This document shows, in pieces, positions 63,622 through 64,000 of a stretch of 64,000 nt of DNA. Location of the stretch: positions 32,001 through 96,000 of the IMG/VR virus record IMGVR_UViG_3300047585_000133; one strand, 5' to 3'. The stretch is from a virus. The translations under genes and the position numbers were made by a program. Each line of letters opens with the position of its first letter. Position 1 is the stretch's first letter. A model generated the notes under the pieces. The model saw only the letters and a list, made by a program, of their open reading frames with translations. It searched no databases and was not told where the DNA came from.

Positions 63622-64000
63622 ATGAAGCTGAGCGAGGACACGCGGCCGTGCGCCACGCCGGGATGCGGGCACGAGGGCCGCGTCCACGACCACTACAACC
63701 TGTTCACCTACTGCGGGAAGACCGGGTGCCCGTGCCGGAAATGGAAGCGGTCGTATAGCTGGAATACAGGGTTTATTGGTATCGTCATTGCTGTGAGCGA
63801 GGGAGCGGGAGGACGGGTGCGGTACACGACGTGGCTGAGGCTGTGGCTTCAGGAGCTGTGGATCGAGGCAACTACCCAGCCGGTGCGGCTGCTGCCGCAC
63901 TCTCACCGGCCGGAGTCTCTGGGCCCGAACGGCGGGTACAGGTGCACCAGGTGCGGATCGTTCTCGGCCCGGGTGCAGCACAAGGGAATACAGCAGGCCG
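63622..64000 (+). CDS. Cys/His-rich hypothetical protein (partial; possible second start at GTG 63793)
   Basis: C...GCGH...H...C...GCPC; frame open to the window edge. Confidence 0.5.
   Translation, partial: MKLSEDTRPCATPGCGHEGRVHDHYNLFTYCGKTGCPCRKWKRSYSWNTGFIGIVIAVSEGAGGRVRYTTWLRLWLQELWIEATTQPVRLLPHSHRPESLGPNGGYRCTRCGSFSARVQHKGIQQA
63763..63785 (+). promoter_or_regulatory. degenerate 19-bp motif plus -10 TATCGT
   Basis: AATACAGGGTTTATTGGTATCGT; GTG 7 nt later. Confidence 0.55.

Overview
A 64 kb, GC-rich segment of a large tailed phage of filamentous Actinomycetota. Its head module (portal, prohead protease/scaffold, decoration protein, major capsid protein, neck proteins) resembles the Bxz1/BRock-type actinophage myoviruses; family assignments are from motif recognition, with no database searches run. 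Layout: an intein-containing HK97-gp10-like gene; an AT-rich, iteron-like non-coding region (1740-2300); a bldC homologue; an 8.2 kb array of 42 tRNA genes covering all 20 amino acids, interleaved with tRNA mimics and stem-closed structured spacers; then virion, neck and fibre genes, the capsid module, beta-helix tailspikes, the portal and many small early genes. A 19-bp motif marks about ten promoters. The strongest signal is a head-module gene (54542->53334, minus strand). Its CxxC...CxxC zinc ribbon is restored only if two tiny gaps (5 nt and 7 nt) are skipped. Each gap starts with the rare TTA (bldA) codon directly after a Cys codon, which suggests two successive hungry-codon ribosomal hops, and the same gene ends in a candidate -1 frameshift. 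Phage-encoded BldC and DUF397 (BldB-family) proteins and the absence of Leu(UAA) from the tRNA array together suggest virion assembly coupled to the host's bld developmental state (inference).
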